A DNA stretch of 15,952 nucleotides from Myxococcota bacterium (lineage in GTDB: Bacteria; Myxococcota_A; Polyangia; Polyangiales; Sandaracinaceae), in NCBI GenBank assembly GCA_036149055.1, contig JAYZQJ010000111.1, positions 1 through 15,952 of the forward strand, given 5' to 3'. Positions 1-7,059 of the stretch are shown here, one piece after another. Under the pieces are notes generated by a model. That model was not told the origin of the DNA. It saw only the letters and a program-made list of their open reading frames with translations, and ran no database searches. Made by a program: the position numbers and the translations under genes. How positions within the stretch are numbered: the first letter of the stretch is position 1; each line of letters opens with the position of its first letter.

Positions 1-39
1 CTCCGGGCTGCGCCCTCCGCAAACATCGCTGCGCCTCCT

Positions 40-142
40 CCGCGGGGCCCCCCCACCCACTCCGGGGCCTCGCTCCGCTCGGCCCCGACCCCGGCGCGGG
101 GCGCCGGGGGCCCTGCGGCTCGCGCTCGTGCTGCGCGCGAGC
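40..142. repeat. Nested GC-rich stem-loop element (REP/MITE-like, probably continuing beyond the window start)
   Basis: Inverted repeats CGGGGCC(63-69)/GGCCCCG(81-87), CCCGGCGC(90-97)/GCGCCGGG(101-108), GCTCGCGC(118-125)/GCGCGAGC(135-142), plus an outer CCGCGGGGCCCCC(40-52)/GGGGGCCCTGCGG(106-118) stem. Intergenic, downstream of the ATPase. Copy number cannot be seen from one window. Confidence 0.45.
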
Positions 143-256
143 TGGCCGCCCGCTGCCGCGGGATCGAACCCGGGCTTGGGGCGTGCGGCGACCTCGCTGC
201 GCTCGTCGCCTGCTGTCATCTCGGGTCAGTCGTCGCGGTAGCGGGCTCGCATCGAG

Positions 257-1732
257 CTACGGGCGCTCGGGGTCGACGTCGGGGTGGTCGCCCAGGAGAT
301 CGAAGGGCAAGCCTTCGTTCCAGCCCGCTAGCTCCTGGCGCGCCGCCAGCCGACCGACCGCGTACGCGAGCCAGGACACCGGGACCACTTGGCGCGCCGA
401 CCCCGCGCCCTCGAACGGAGAGAGCGTGTCGCGGACGGTGCGTGAGGTCATGCAGATCCCTCGTAGCTCCGACCTCGCCCCCAGCTCCCGGAGGGGGCTC
501 CAGCTCTTGCCGGAACGGTGCGCCCCGTCGGACCACTCCACCTCCACCGCCCAGACCGGCCGCTGGCGGGCGGGGTGAAGCCGCACGAGGTCGACCTCGC
601 CCTTGCTCCACCGAGCAAAACACAGGTCGCGAAACATCGGTGCGTGCAGATACTGCGTCACGAGCGCGGTCTCGACGAGCGCCCCCATCGCGGGGTCGTC
701 GGCGGCGAGCGGTGAGAAGAGCGCCGCGCGCATCGACGGGTTCGTGAGGAAGACCTTGAAGTTGCGTTCACGCTTCAGTCGTCGAGCCGTCTGATCGACC
801 CGGCGCATGCGCACGATTAGGAACGCGGCCTCCAGGTACTCCAGGTAGCGGCTGATGGTCGGTTTCGCGATCCCGGCGCCGCCCGAGAGCTGCTCGAGGC
901 TGACCAGCTGGCCGGAGTTGTACGCGACCGTGGTGAAGAGCCGGTTCAACTCCGGGATGTTCGTGATGCCATACAGCGACGGCAGGTCCTGCAGCAGCAC
1001 CTTTTGTACGATGTCGTCCCGAACGAACCGGCCCATGTCTCGTCGAATCGTCTCGCTGCGCGCCACCTCCGGGTAGCCGCCGAAGTTGATGTACTCGACG
1101 AAGTGCTCGTCGAGACCCGAGGCGTCGCGCACGGTGAAGCGCGGGCCCTCTCCCTCGAGGAGCGCGGCGGTCGCTTCGCGGAAGTCGAGGTACTCCGCGA
1201 ACGTCAGAGGCGGGAGCTCGAAGTCGGTGAATCGACCGGCCCCCGACTCGGTGCTCTTCCGCTTCAAGGCGGCGCCCGCCGACCCGCTCACGATGAACTG
1301 GGTTCGGGGGTAGCGGTCCACGAGATCCTTCACGTGCCGCTCCCAGTCCGCGAGGTACTGGATCTCGTCGAACACGACCAACCGAGGACCCATCGGGTCG
1401 TGATCGCAGCCGTCCTCGAAGAGCCCCAGGAGGTCTTCGAGCCCGAGGTTGGTGTACGTGGGCGTGTCCACCGACGCGAACAGGACGGGGCCGAATTCGC
1501 GCGTCTGGTTCGCCTCGTCGATGAGCTGGCGGAGCAACGTGGTCTTCCCGACCCGCCGGGCCCCGAGGAGCACGATGGCGCGCTGCACCGGTCTTCGCGC
1601 GAGCTCGATCAGCGGATCGAAGTAGCCTCGTCGAGGCCACGCCGCGGCGGGATCCTGCCACTCCGGGTTCGACCACCACGGGTTGTCGCGTGACAGGCGC
1701 TCCGCCACCGCCGCTCGATCGATGTCCAGCAC
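257..1732 (-). CDS. AAA+ ATPase (AAA_14 + DUF4143 family) with C-terminal PD-(D/E)XK-like domain, 491 aa
   Basis: N-terminal NPWW, Walker A GARRVGKT, Walker B LVVFDEIQ, FIVSGS, ESGAGR, LPPLTFAEY, YINFGGYPE, HTH-like TISRYLEYLEAAFLI, GALVET and EVDLV...AVEV. GTG start after an AT-rich spacer. Confidence 0.92.
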   Translation of the reverse strand: MLDIDRAAVAERLSRDNPWWSNPEWQDPAAAWPRRGYFDPLIELARRPVQRAIVLLGARRVGKTTLLRQLIDEANQTREFGPVLFASVDTPTYTNLGLEDLLGLFEDGCDHDPMGPRLVVFDEIQYLADWERHVKDLVDRYPRTQFIVSGSAGAALKRKSTESGAGRFTDFELPPLTFAEYLDFREATAALLEGEGPRFTVRDASGLDEHFVEYINFGGYPEVARSETIRRDMGRFVRDDIVQKVLLQDLPSLYGITNIPELNRLFTTVAYNSGQLVSLEQLSGGAGIAKPTISRYLEYLEAAFLIVRMRRVDQTARRLKRERNFKVFLTNPSMRAALFSPLAADDPAMGALVETALVTQYLHAPMFRDLCFARWSKGEVDLVRLHPARQRPVWAVEVEWSDGAHRSGKSWSPLRELGARSELRGICMTSRTVRDTLSPFEGAGSARQVVPVSWLAYAVGRLAARQELAGWNEGLPFDLLGDHPDVDPERP

Positions 1733-1740
1733 CGTCGATT

Positions 1741-1773
1741 AAGCTATGTCGACTTTGCTTAAATGAAAAGTCG
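1741..1773 (-). promoter_or_regulatory. AT-rich promoter/operator of the ATPase: CGACTTT-N10-AAAGTCG inverted repeat plus TAGCTT -10-like hexamer
   Basis: Perfect 7-bp inverted repeat at 1750-1756/1767-1773. Minus-strand TAGCTT (1746-1741) lies 8 nt before the GTG. Confidence 0.45.
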
Positions 1774-1885
1774 TCGTTTTGTTGCGCAATTTCAGCTCGT
1801 TAGCGGCGGCGTTTTGTGATCCGCGTGGCCTCGTCGTCGAGCTTGGTGGCTTGGGGCGTGAGGCGCGGAACGGGGCCCGAGCTCG

Positions 1886-2758
1886 TCAGGCGGCGCGGCG
1901 CGAGGTCTCCCCTCGTAGCTCCGCCCGGTAGCGATCGAAGGTGCGGGCCCCGGCCCGCAGACGCATGAGCGCGCCCTCCGCCATCCATCGCGCGCGCTCC
2001 GGCGCCTCCGCCACGAGGGGCTCGAGGACCTCGTCGGCCCACTGCGCGTAGTGCTTCTCGTCGATGTGCTCGTGGAGGCTGTAGTAGCGACAGGCGATCT
2101 TGCTGACGCCCAGTCTGGTCAGGCCCTCCTTCACCTTCGCGCACCGATCCGGCGCCGTGAGCTCGACCGCGCCCAGGGCGCCCACCGAGTGGAACGCCCA
2201 GCGCCGGTTGTAGGCCAGGCCCATCAGGGTGTTGCAGACCGAGAGCGCCTCCCACGTGGGCTCGATGTCGAGCCCGGCGACCTCGAGCTCCTCGGTCAGC
2301 GCGTCGAGCATGGGCCCGTGCATGCCCCGCTCGCGTCCGCGGCCCATCTCGTCCCAGTAGTTGTTGGCGAGCTCGAGCTTCGCGCGGGTGGGGAGGCGCC
2401 GCTGCGTCAGCGCGACCAGGTCGTCGAAGCCCGCCTCCGTGGCCAGCTCTTGACCGAGGAACCACCGCATCTCGTCCCGCGTCGCCTCCTCCGCCAGCCA
2501 GTCGAAGAGGGGATCGTGCTGACCCGGCCCATCGACGCGGAGCGCGGCGAACCACGCCACGAAGGCCTTCGGATCGCGGGGAGCCCCGGCCGCGCGCTCC
2601 CGCACCGCGTCACGCTCGGCGCGGAGATACCGCTCCTCGGCGTGAAGGATCGGGACATCGGCCTCGGGGTCGAACGGGGCGGAGGGATCGGCCGGGCGTA
2701 GGCGCCGGACGTTGAGCTCGTACAGCGAGCGGTGCAGTGAATTCATGGATGTCGACAT
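1886..2758 (-). CDS. Iron-containing redox enzyme (heme-oxygenase-like diiron oxidase, HDO family), about 290 aa
   Basis: Motifs QELATEAGFDDL, NYWDEMGRG...MHGPM, GAVELTAP and YYSLHEHIDEKH give an E/H/D di-metal ligand pattern. Start re-called to ATG 2758 (MSTSMNSL; alternative ATG 2746) because a sigma-54 motif precedes it and the longer frame overlaps the divergent gene. Confidence 0.85.
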   Translation of the reverse strand: MSTSMNSLHRSLYELNVRRLRPADPSAPFDPEADVPILHAEERYLRAERDAVRERAAGAPRDPKAFVAWFAALRVDGPGQHDPLFDWLAEEATRDEMRWFLGQELATEAGFDDLVALTQRRLPTRAKLELANNYWDEMGRGRERGMHGPMLDALTEELEVAGLDIEPTWEALSVCNTLMGLAYNRRWAFHSVGALGAVELTAPDRCAKVKEGLTRLGVSKIACRYYSLHEHIDEKHYAQWADEVLEPLVAEAPERARWMAEGALMRLRAGARTFDRYRAELRGETSRRAA

Positions 2759-2770
2759 GCCCGCCTGCGC

Positions 2771-2786
2771 TGCAAGACGACGACCA
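2771..2786 (-). promoter_or_regulatory. Sigma-54 (-24/-12) promoter of the HDO gene
   Basis: Minus strand TGG-TCGTCGTCTT-GCA fits GG-N10-GC with exact TTGCA. The -12 C (2772) is 14 nt from ATG 2758. Confidence 0.65.
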
Positions 2787-2895
2787 TCCTCGCGGTGGTC
2801 GGGGGCGCGCGCTCGGCCGTGGCGACCCGCCCCGCCGGGCGGGCCCGGGCGGCGCACCCCGCCCGTCCCCGAGGTCGTCCGTGCGCGGCGCACGG

Positions 2896-2911
2896 CGGCG
2901 TGCGGCTTGCA
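2896..2911 (+). promoter_or_regulatory. Sigma-54 (-24/-12) promoter of the amidinotransferase-family gene
   Basis: CGG-CGTGCGGCTT-GCA versus consensus TGGCACG-N4-TTGCW. The -12 C (2910) is 15 nt from GTG 2925. Confidence 0.65.
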
Positions 2912-2924
2912 GTGCTCCGCCTCC

Positions 2925-3785
2925 GTGTCGACACACCCCACTCACGTCGTCAGCGGTGTCACTTCGCCTTGTGGTGATGGCTACCGCGTCGCTTGGCAGA
3001 TCAATCCGCACATGCGCGTGGGGAGCACCCGGCGCGCTCGGGTCCGGGCGCAGCACGCCGCGCTGCTCCGCGCGTTGACCGAGGGCGGGGCCCGCCTGTT
3101 GGAGCTGCCGTTCGTGCCCGGCTGCTACGACAGCGTCTTCATGAAGGATCCGGCGCTCCTCGCGCGCCGGCCCGACGGTCGGATGGCCGCTCTGCTGGCT
3201 CGCCCTCGCCACGCGCAGCGCGCGGAGGAGGTGGTCGCCCGGCGCGCGCAGCTCGAGGCCGCGGGCTTCGAGGTGGACGAGTGCGCGAGCCACCTGGAGG
3301 GGGGAGACGTCGTGCGGGTGGGAGAGCGCTACCTCCTGGGCCACGGCTTCCGCTCCGACCCCGCCGCCGCGCGGGCGATCGAGAGATTCAGCGGCCGCGA
3401 GGTGACCGCGATCGAGCTGATCGACGAGGCCTTCTACCACCTCGACACGGCGGTGGCGCACCTCTCGGGGGGGGAGCTGCTCGTCGCCGAGGGGGCGCTC
3501 CGGCCGTCGGACGTCGAGCGTCTCGCCGCGCTCGAGGAAGTGAGTCACGTCGAGGTGATCCCTCGCGACGAGGCGATGGCGTTCGCGACCAACCTGGTCC
3601 AGCTCGGCGACCGGGTGATCCTCGCGGCGGGCGCGCGACGGACGCTGGCGACGCTCGCTTCTTGGGGCTACCGACCGGTGCCGGTCGAGCTGGACCAGTT
3701 CCTTGCCGCCGGCGGCAGCGCGGCTTGCCTCGTCGCGGAGATCCACGCGCTGGAGGCGACGCAGCTCCGCGCGGTGGCCGCTTGA
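2925..3785 (+). CDS. Dimethylarginine dimethylaminohydrolase / amidinotransferase (pentein) family enzyme, about 286 aa
   Basis: YRVAWQINPHM, DSVFMKD, LEGGD, FYHLDT, AFATN and catalytic-Cys motif GGSAACL. Start at GTG 2925 is inferred from the family N-terminus and the promoter position. Confidence 0.85.
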   Translation: MSTHPTHVVSGVTSPCGDGYRVAWQINPHMRVGSTRRARVRAQHAALLRALTEGGARLLELPFVPGCYDSVFMKDPALLARRPDGRMAALLARPRHAQRAEEVVARRAQLEAAGFEVDECASHLEGGDVVRVGERYLLGHGFRSDPAAARAIERFSGREVTAIELIDEAFYHLDTAVAHLSGGELLVAEGALRPSDVERLAALEEVSHVEVIPRDEAMAFATNLVQLGDRVILAAGARRTLATLASWGYRPVPVELDQFLAAGGSAACLVAEIHALEATQLRAVAA

Positions 3786-3830
3786 CGGGGAGGGTTGGCG
3801 CCGCGGCGCTCGCACCTAGCTCGGCTGTCC

Positions 3831-4544
3831 ATGCCCGCGCGGCGCTTCGACCCCTGGGAGCTCGGCACCCCCGAGCGCGACTGGGCGACCCTGGTCGAGG
3901 GTCTGCCGGGCTGGGATCCGCCGCGCGCGCCGCTCGTCGTGGTGACGCCGCACCCCGACGACGAGACGCTGGGCGCCGGAGGGCTCATCGCGTGCTGGGG
4001 CGCGCGCGGGTGGCCGGTCCACGTCGTCGTCGTGACGGATGGGGAGGCGGCGCCGGTCGCCCACCCCGACCTCGCCGGCGCCCGGTGGGCGGAGCTCCAG
4101 GCGGCCCTGACCGCGCTGGGCGCGAGCCACGCCCGGATGACCCGGCTCGGGCTCCCGGACGGCGACGTCGCGAGCTACGAGGCGTGGCTCGCCGGCAGGA
4201 TCGTGGAGCTCGTCCCTCCGCCGGCGCTGCTCGTCGGGCCGTACGCGCGCGACGGTCACCCGGATCACGAGGGCGTGGCGCGCGCGTGTCGGGCGGCCGC
4301 GGCCGCGCGTCGGATCGCGCGCGTGGAGTTCCCCGTCTGGGCGTGGCACCACGCCGAGGTCTCCGAGCTCGCGCGCGAGCGGCTCTGCCGGTTCCACCTG
4401 GACGCCGAGGGCCTCGCGGCGAAGCGGCGCGCCCTCGACTGCTACCGCAGCCAGCTCGCTCCCGAGCGCGGGCGCCCGGTCATTCCCCCGCACGTGCTTC
4501 CCTACTTCCACCGCGCGGACGAGGTCTACGTATTGTGTCAGTGA
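3831..4544 (+). CDS. PIG-L/LmbE family deacetylase, about 237 aa
   Basis: PHPDDETLGAGG metal motif, VTDGEA, LPDG, DGHPDHE and KRRALDCYRSQL. ATG 3831 preferred over TTG 3795. Confidence 0.9.
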   Translation: MPARRFDPWELGTPERDWATLVEGLPGWDPPRAPLVVVTPHPDDETLGAGGLIACWGARGWPVHVVVVTDGEAAPVAHPDLAGARWAELQAALTALGASHARMTRLGLPDGDVASYEAWLAGRIVELVPPPALLVGPYARDGHPDHEGVARACRAAAAARRIARVEFPVWAWHHAEVSELARERLCRFHLDAEGLAAKRRALDCYRSQLAPERGRPVIPPHVLPYFHRADEVYVLCQ

Positions 4545-5119
4545 ACCAGACCAGGCCGTGGTCCCCGGCTGCGTTCGAGGCGCGCTTCGCGGCCGACCCC
4601 GACCCGTGGTCGTTCCGGACCAGCGCCTACGAGCGCTCCCGCTATTCGGCGCTGCTGTCGGCGCTCGGCGGGCGTCGCTTCGAGCGGGCCCTCGAGCCCG
4701 GATGCGCGAACGGAGAGCTCACCGCCCAGCTCGCGTCGGCGGCGGAGCGCGTGATCGCCTTCGACGTGTCTCCCACGGCGGCCGCCCTCGCCCGCGAGCG
4801 TTGCGGGCCGCTGGCCGGGGTGACGATCGACGTCCGCGACCTGCGCGACCCCTGCCCGCCGGGGCCCTTCGACCTCGTGGTGCTCAGCGAGGTCGGCTAC
4901 TACTTCACCACCCGCGAGCTCGAGGCGATCGGCGGCGGCCTCGTGGCCCAGCTCGCGCCGGGCGGCGCGCTGCTCGCCGGTCACTGGCAGGGGCGGAGCG
5001 ACGATCATCGTCTGCACGGCGACGAGGTGCACGCCGTCCTCGACGGCCTCGACGGCCTCCGCCCCCGACGTCGGGAGCGCCACCCCGGCTTTCGCGTCGA
5101 CGTCTGGGAGCGCGCGTGA
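4541..5119 (+). CDS. NodS-like class I SAM-dependent methyltransferase, 192 aa
   Basis: DPDPWSFRTSAYE, ALEPGCANGELT (motif I), FDLVVLSEVGYY and GHW. GTGA overlap with the upstream stop. Confidence 0.88.
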   Translation: MNQTRPWSPAAFEARFAADPDPWSFRTSAYERSRYSALLSALGGRRFERALEPGCANGELTAQLASAAERVIAFDVSPTAAALARERCGPLAGVTIDVRDLRDPCPPGPFDLVVLSEVGYYFTTRELEAIGGGLVAQLAPGGALLAGHWQGRSDDHRLHGDEVHAVLDGLDGLRPRRRERHPGFRVDVWERA

Positions 5120-5808
5120 CGCCGACGGCGGGGGTGGTGATCCCGGCCAGGGACGAGGCGCACACCGTGGGCGACGCGGTCCGGACGGCGCGGCGCGCCC
5201 TGCGGCGGGCCGGCCTCGGGTGGGCGCCGGTGGTGGTCGTCGCCGATGGCTGCGCCGACGACACGGCGGCCGTCGCCGCGGAGGCGGGGGCCCTGGTGGT
5301 CGAGACGCGCGCGGGCTGCGTCGGGGCGGCGCGGGCGGCGGGCGCTCGCGCGCTGCTCTCGACGCTCGGCGCGGACCCGGCGCGGACCTGGATCGCGAGC
5401 ACGGACGCCGACACCCGAGTCCCCGTCCGCTGGATCGAGCGTCACCTCGACGCCGCGAGGGCGGGGGTCCACGCGCTGGCCGGCGTCGTGCGGGTGGGGA
5501 GCTTCTCCGAGCACCCCGAGGGGGCGCGGGCCCGCTTCGCGGCGCGCTACGAGCTCCGCTCGGACGGTACGCATCCTCACGTGCACGGCGCGAATCTCGG
5601 GGTGAGAGCCGACGCCTACCTCGCGGTCGGTGGGTTCCCGGCGCTGCCGGTAGCGGAGGACCACGCGCTCTGGCGAGCGCTCGGGGAGGCGGGGTTCCGT
5701 CGGCAGGCCTCCACCCGCGTGTGGGTCACGACCAGCGGGCGGCGCCGCGGCCGCGCGCCGCGCGGGTTCGCGACGACCCTCTCCCAGTGGACCGGGGCCG
5801 CGGGGTGA
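5116..5808 (+). CDS. Glycosyltransferase family 2, 230 aa
   Basis: VVIPARDE, VADGCADDT, VGAARAAG, STDAD, HVHGANLG, GGF...AED and TSGR. GTGA overlap. Confidence 0.9.
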   Translation: MTPTAGVVIPARDEAHTVGDAVRTARRALRRAGLGWAPVVVVADGCADDTAAVAAEAGALVVETRAGCVGAARAAGARALLSTLGADPARTWIASTDADTRVPVRWIERHLDAARAGVHALAGVVRVGSFSEHPEGARARFAARYELRSDGTHPHVHGANLGVRADAYLAVGGFPALPVAEDHALWRALGEAGFRRQASTRVWVTTSGRRRGRAPRGFATTLSQWTGAAG

Positions 5809-6713
5809 TCGAGCGCGCCCGCGAGCTGTTGCGCCGGGGAGCCCTCGACCTACCGCTGCCCGGCGCCGGCGCCACCCCGGAGCGCCTCGAGCGGCTCTTC
5901 GAGGTGGCTCGAGCGGACGTGGCCCTCGCTCGGATCGTCGAGGCGCACTGCGACGCCGTCGCGATCCTGGCGGAGGCCGGCGAGGCGCCCGCGCCCGGGG
6001 CGCTCTACGGGGTGTGGGCCTCCGAGGGCAGAGGGGCCCGCGTGCGGCTCGGCCCCGACTCGCGCGTCTCCGGCGCGAAGCGCTTCTGTAGCGGCGGCCT
6101 CGCGCTCGACCGGGCCCTCGTCACGGCCTGGCGAGGGGAGGAGGCGTGGTTGGTCGAGGTGTCGCTCGACGGCGCCTCGGTGCGCGCGGCGCCCGCCGAC
6201 TGGGCGACCCCCGCCTTCGCGTCCACCGAGACGCGCACCGTCCGCTTCGAGCGGCACCCCGCCCGCCCGGTCGGCGGTCCGGGCTTCTACCTCTCCCGCC
6301 CCGGCTTCTGGCACGGGGCGCTCGCCCCGGCCGCCTGCTGGGCGGGCGGCGCGCGGGGGATCGTCGACGCGGCCGGCCGCCGCACGCGGGACACGGCCCA
6401 CGCGCTCGCCCACCGCGGCGCGCTCGAGGCCTGCGCGTACGCGTGCCGCGCGGTCCTGGAGCGCGCGGCGAGGGAGTGCGACGCCGCCCCGGCCGACGCG
6501 CGTGCGGCGGAGGTGCGGGCCCTGGCCGTCCGTCAGGTGGTGGAGCGCCAGGTCACGACGCTGCTCGATCGCGCCGGGCGCCTGCTCGGACCGGGCCCGC
6601 TCGCCTTCGACGCCGACCTCGCGCGCCGCGTGGCGGAGGTCGGGCTGTACGTGCGCCAGCACCACGCCGAGCGAGACCTCGAGCGACTCGGTCGGCTGCT
6701 CACGGTGGTGTGA
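5805..6713 (+). CDS. Short acyl-CoA dehydrogenase-like flavoprotein, 302 aa
   Basis: LPLPGAG, LARIVEAHCDA, YGVWASE, GAKRFCSG, YLSRPGFWHG, AACWAGGA and LYVRQHHAERDL. GTGA overlap. Confidence 0.82.
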   Translation: MIERARELLRRGALDLPLPGAGATPERLERLFEVARADVALARIVEAHCDAVAILAEAGEAPAPGALYGVWASEGRGARVRLGPDSRVSGAKRFCSGGLALDRALVTAWRGEEAWLVEVSLDGASVRAAPADWATPAFASTETRTVRFERHPARPVGGPGFYLSRPGFWHGALAPAACWAGGARGIVDAAGRRTRDTAHALAHRGALEACAYACRAVLERAARECDAAPADARAAEVRALAVRQVVERQVTTLLDRAGRLLGPGPLAFDADLARRVAEVGLYVRQHHAERDLERLGRLLTVV

Positions 6714-6747
6714 GCTCGCCGCGGCGGCCGGGGGACGGCCCCCGTGG

Positions 6748-6996
6748 CTACTCCGCCGCGCGCGCTGGGTCGGCAGAGGGCCCCACATGCGTCCCTGCGT
6801 CTCGGTCGACCTCGCTCTCTCCGTCCACCCACCCGGAGGCGAGGGAGGGGTGGCGACGGGGGCGCAAACATTCGTTGCACGATGTGTTTGACACCGCGAT
6901 GCAGTGCTCCACGCGCGAGGGCAAACCCGGGCGCGGGTCGGCGTCGGGGGACGAGGGGGCGGGCGAGAGCTCCGGGCGAGGGATGCGAGTGGTCAT
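6748..6996 (-). CDS. Putative small protein, 82 aa, Pro-rich N-terminus and three-Cys core
   Basis: Fits wholly within the 6714-7059 gap; GC3 is 68/82 by hand count; GG-N10-GC motif 15 nt upstream of the ATG. No family recognised. Confidence 0.35.
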   Translation of the reverse strand: MTTRIPRPELSPAPSSPDADPRPGLPSRVEHCIAVSNTSCNECLRPRRHPSLASGWVDGESEVDRDAGTHVGPSADPARAAE

Positions 6997-7009
6997 GGGA
7001 TCCGTCGCT

Positions 7010-7025
7010 TGCAGGGGCCGGGCCG
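7010..7025 (-). promoter_or_regulatory. Possible sigma-54 promoter of the small ORF
   Basis: Minus strand CGG-CCCGGCCCCT-GCA, a weaker match (CTGCA). The -12 C (7011) is 15 nt from ATG 6996. Confidence 0.35.
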
Positions 7026-7030
7026 CTCGG

Positions 7031-7046
7031 TGGCCGACCCCTTGCA
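7031..7046 (+). promoter_or_regulatory. Sigma-54 promoter of the GT2-GT2-GH1 operon
   Basis: TGG-CCGACCCCTT-GCA has TGGC and TTGCA. The -12 C (7045) is 15 nt from ATG 7060. Confidence 0.7.
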
Positions 7047-7059
7047 GACGTCAGGGCTC

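Noticed and set aside
2712..2941. Apparent head-to-head overlap of the HDO (to 2941) and amidinotransferase (from 2712) ORFs
   Set aside because: Both extensions are Arg/Pro/Gly-rich shadow translation. Promoter motifs place the starts at 2758 and 2925, which removes the overlap.
3786..3830. Separate sigma-54 promoter or terminator before PIG-L
   Set aside because: TGGC and CGCA are separated by N13 rather than N10, and there is no hairpin with a U-tract.
2993..5119. 708-aa ORF as a large methyltransferase fusion
   Set aside because: Only 4541-5119 is protein-like; the rest is an off-frame read over the pentein and PIG-L genes.
6997..7013. Additional plus-strand sigma-54 promoter at TTGCA 7009-7013
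   Set aside because: The -24 position reads GA rather than GG at N10 spacing.
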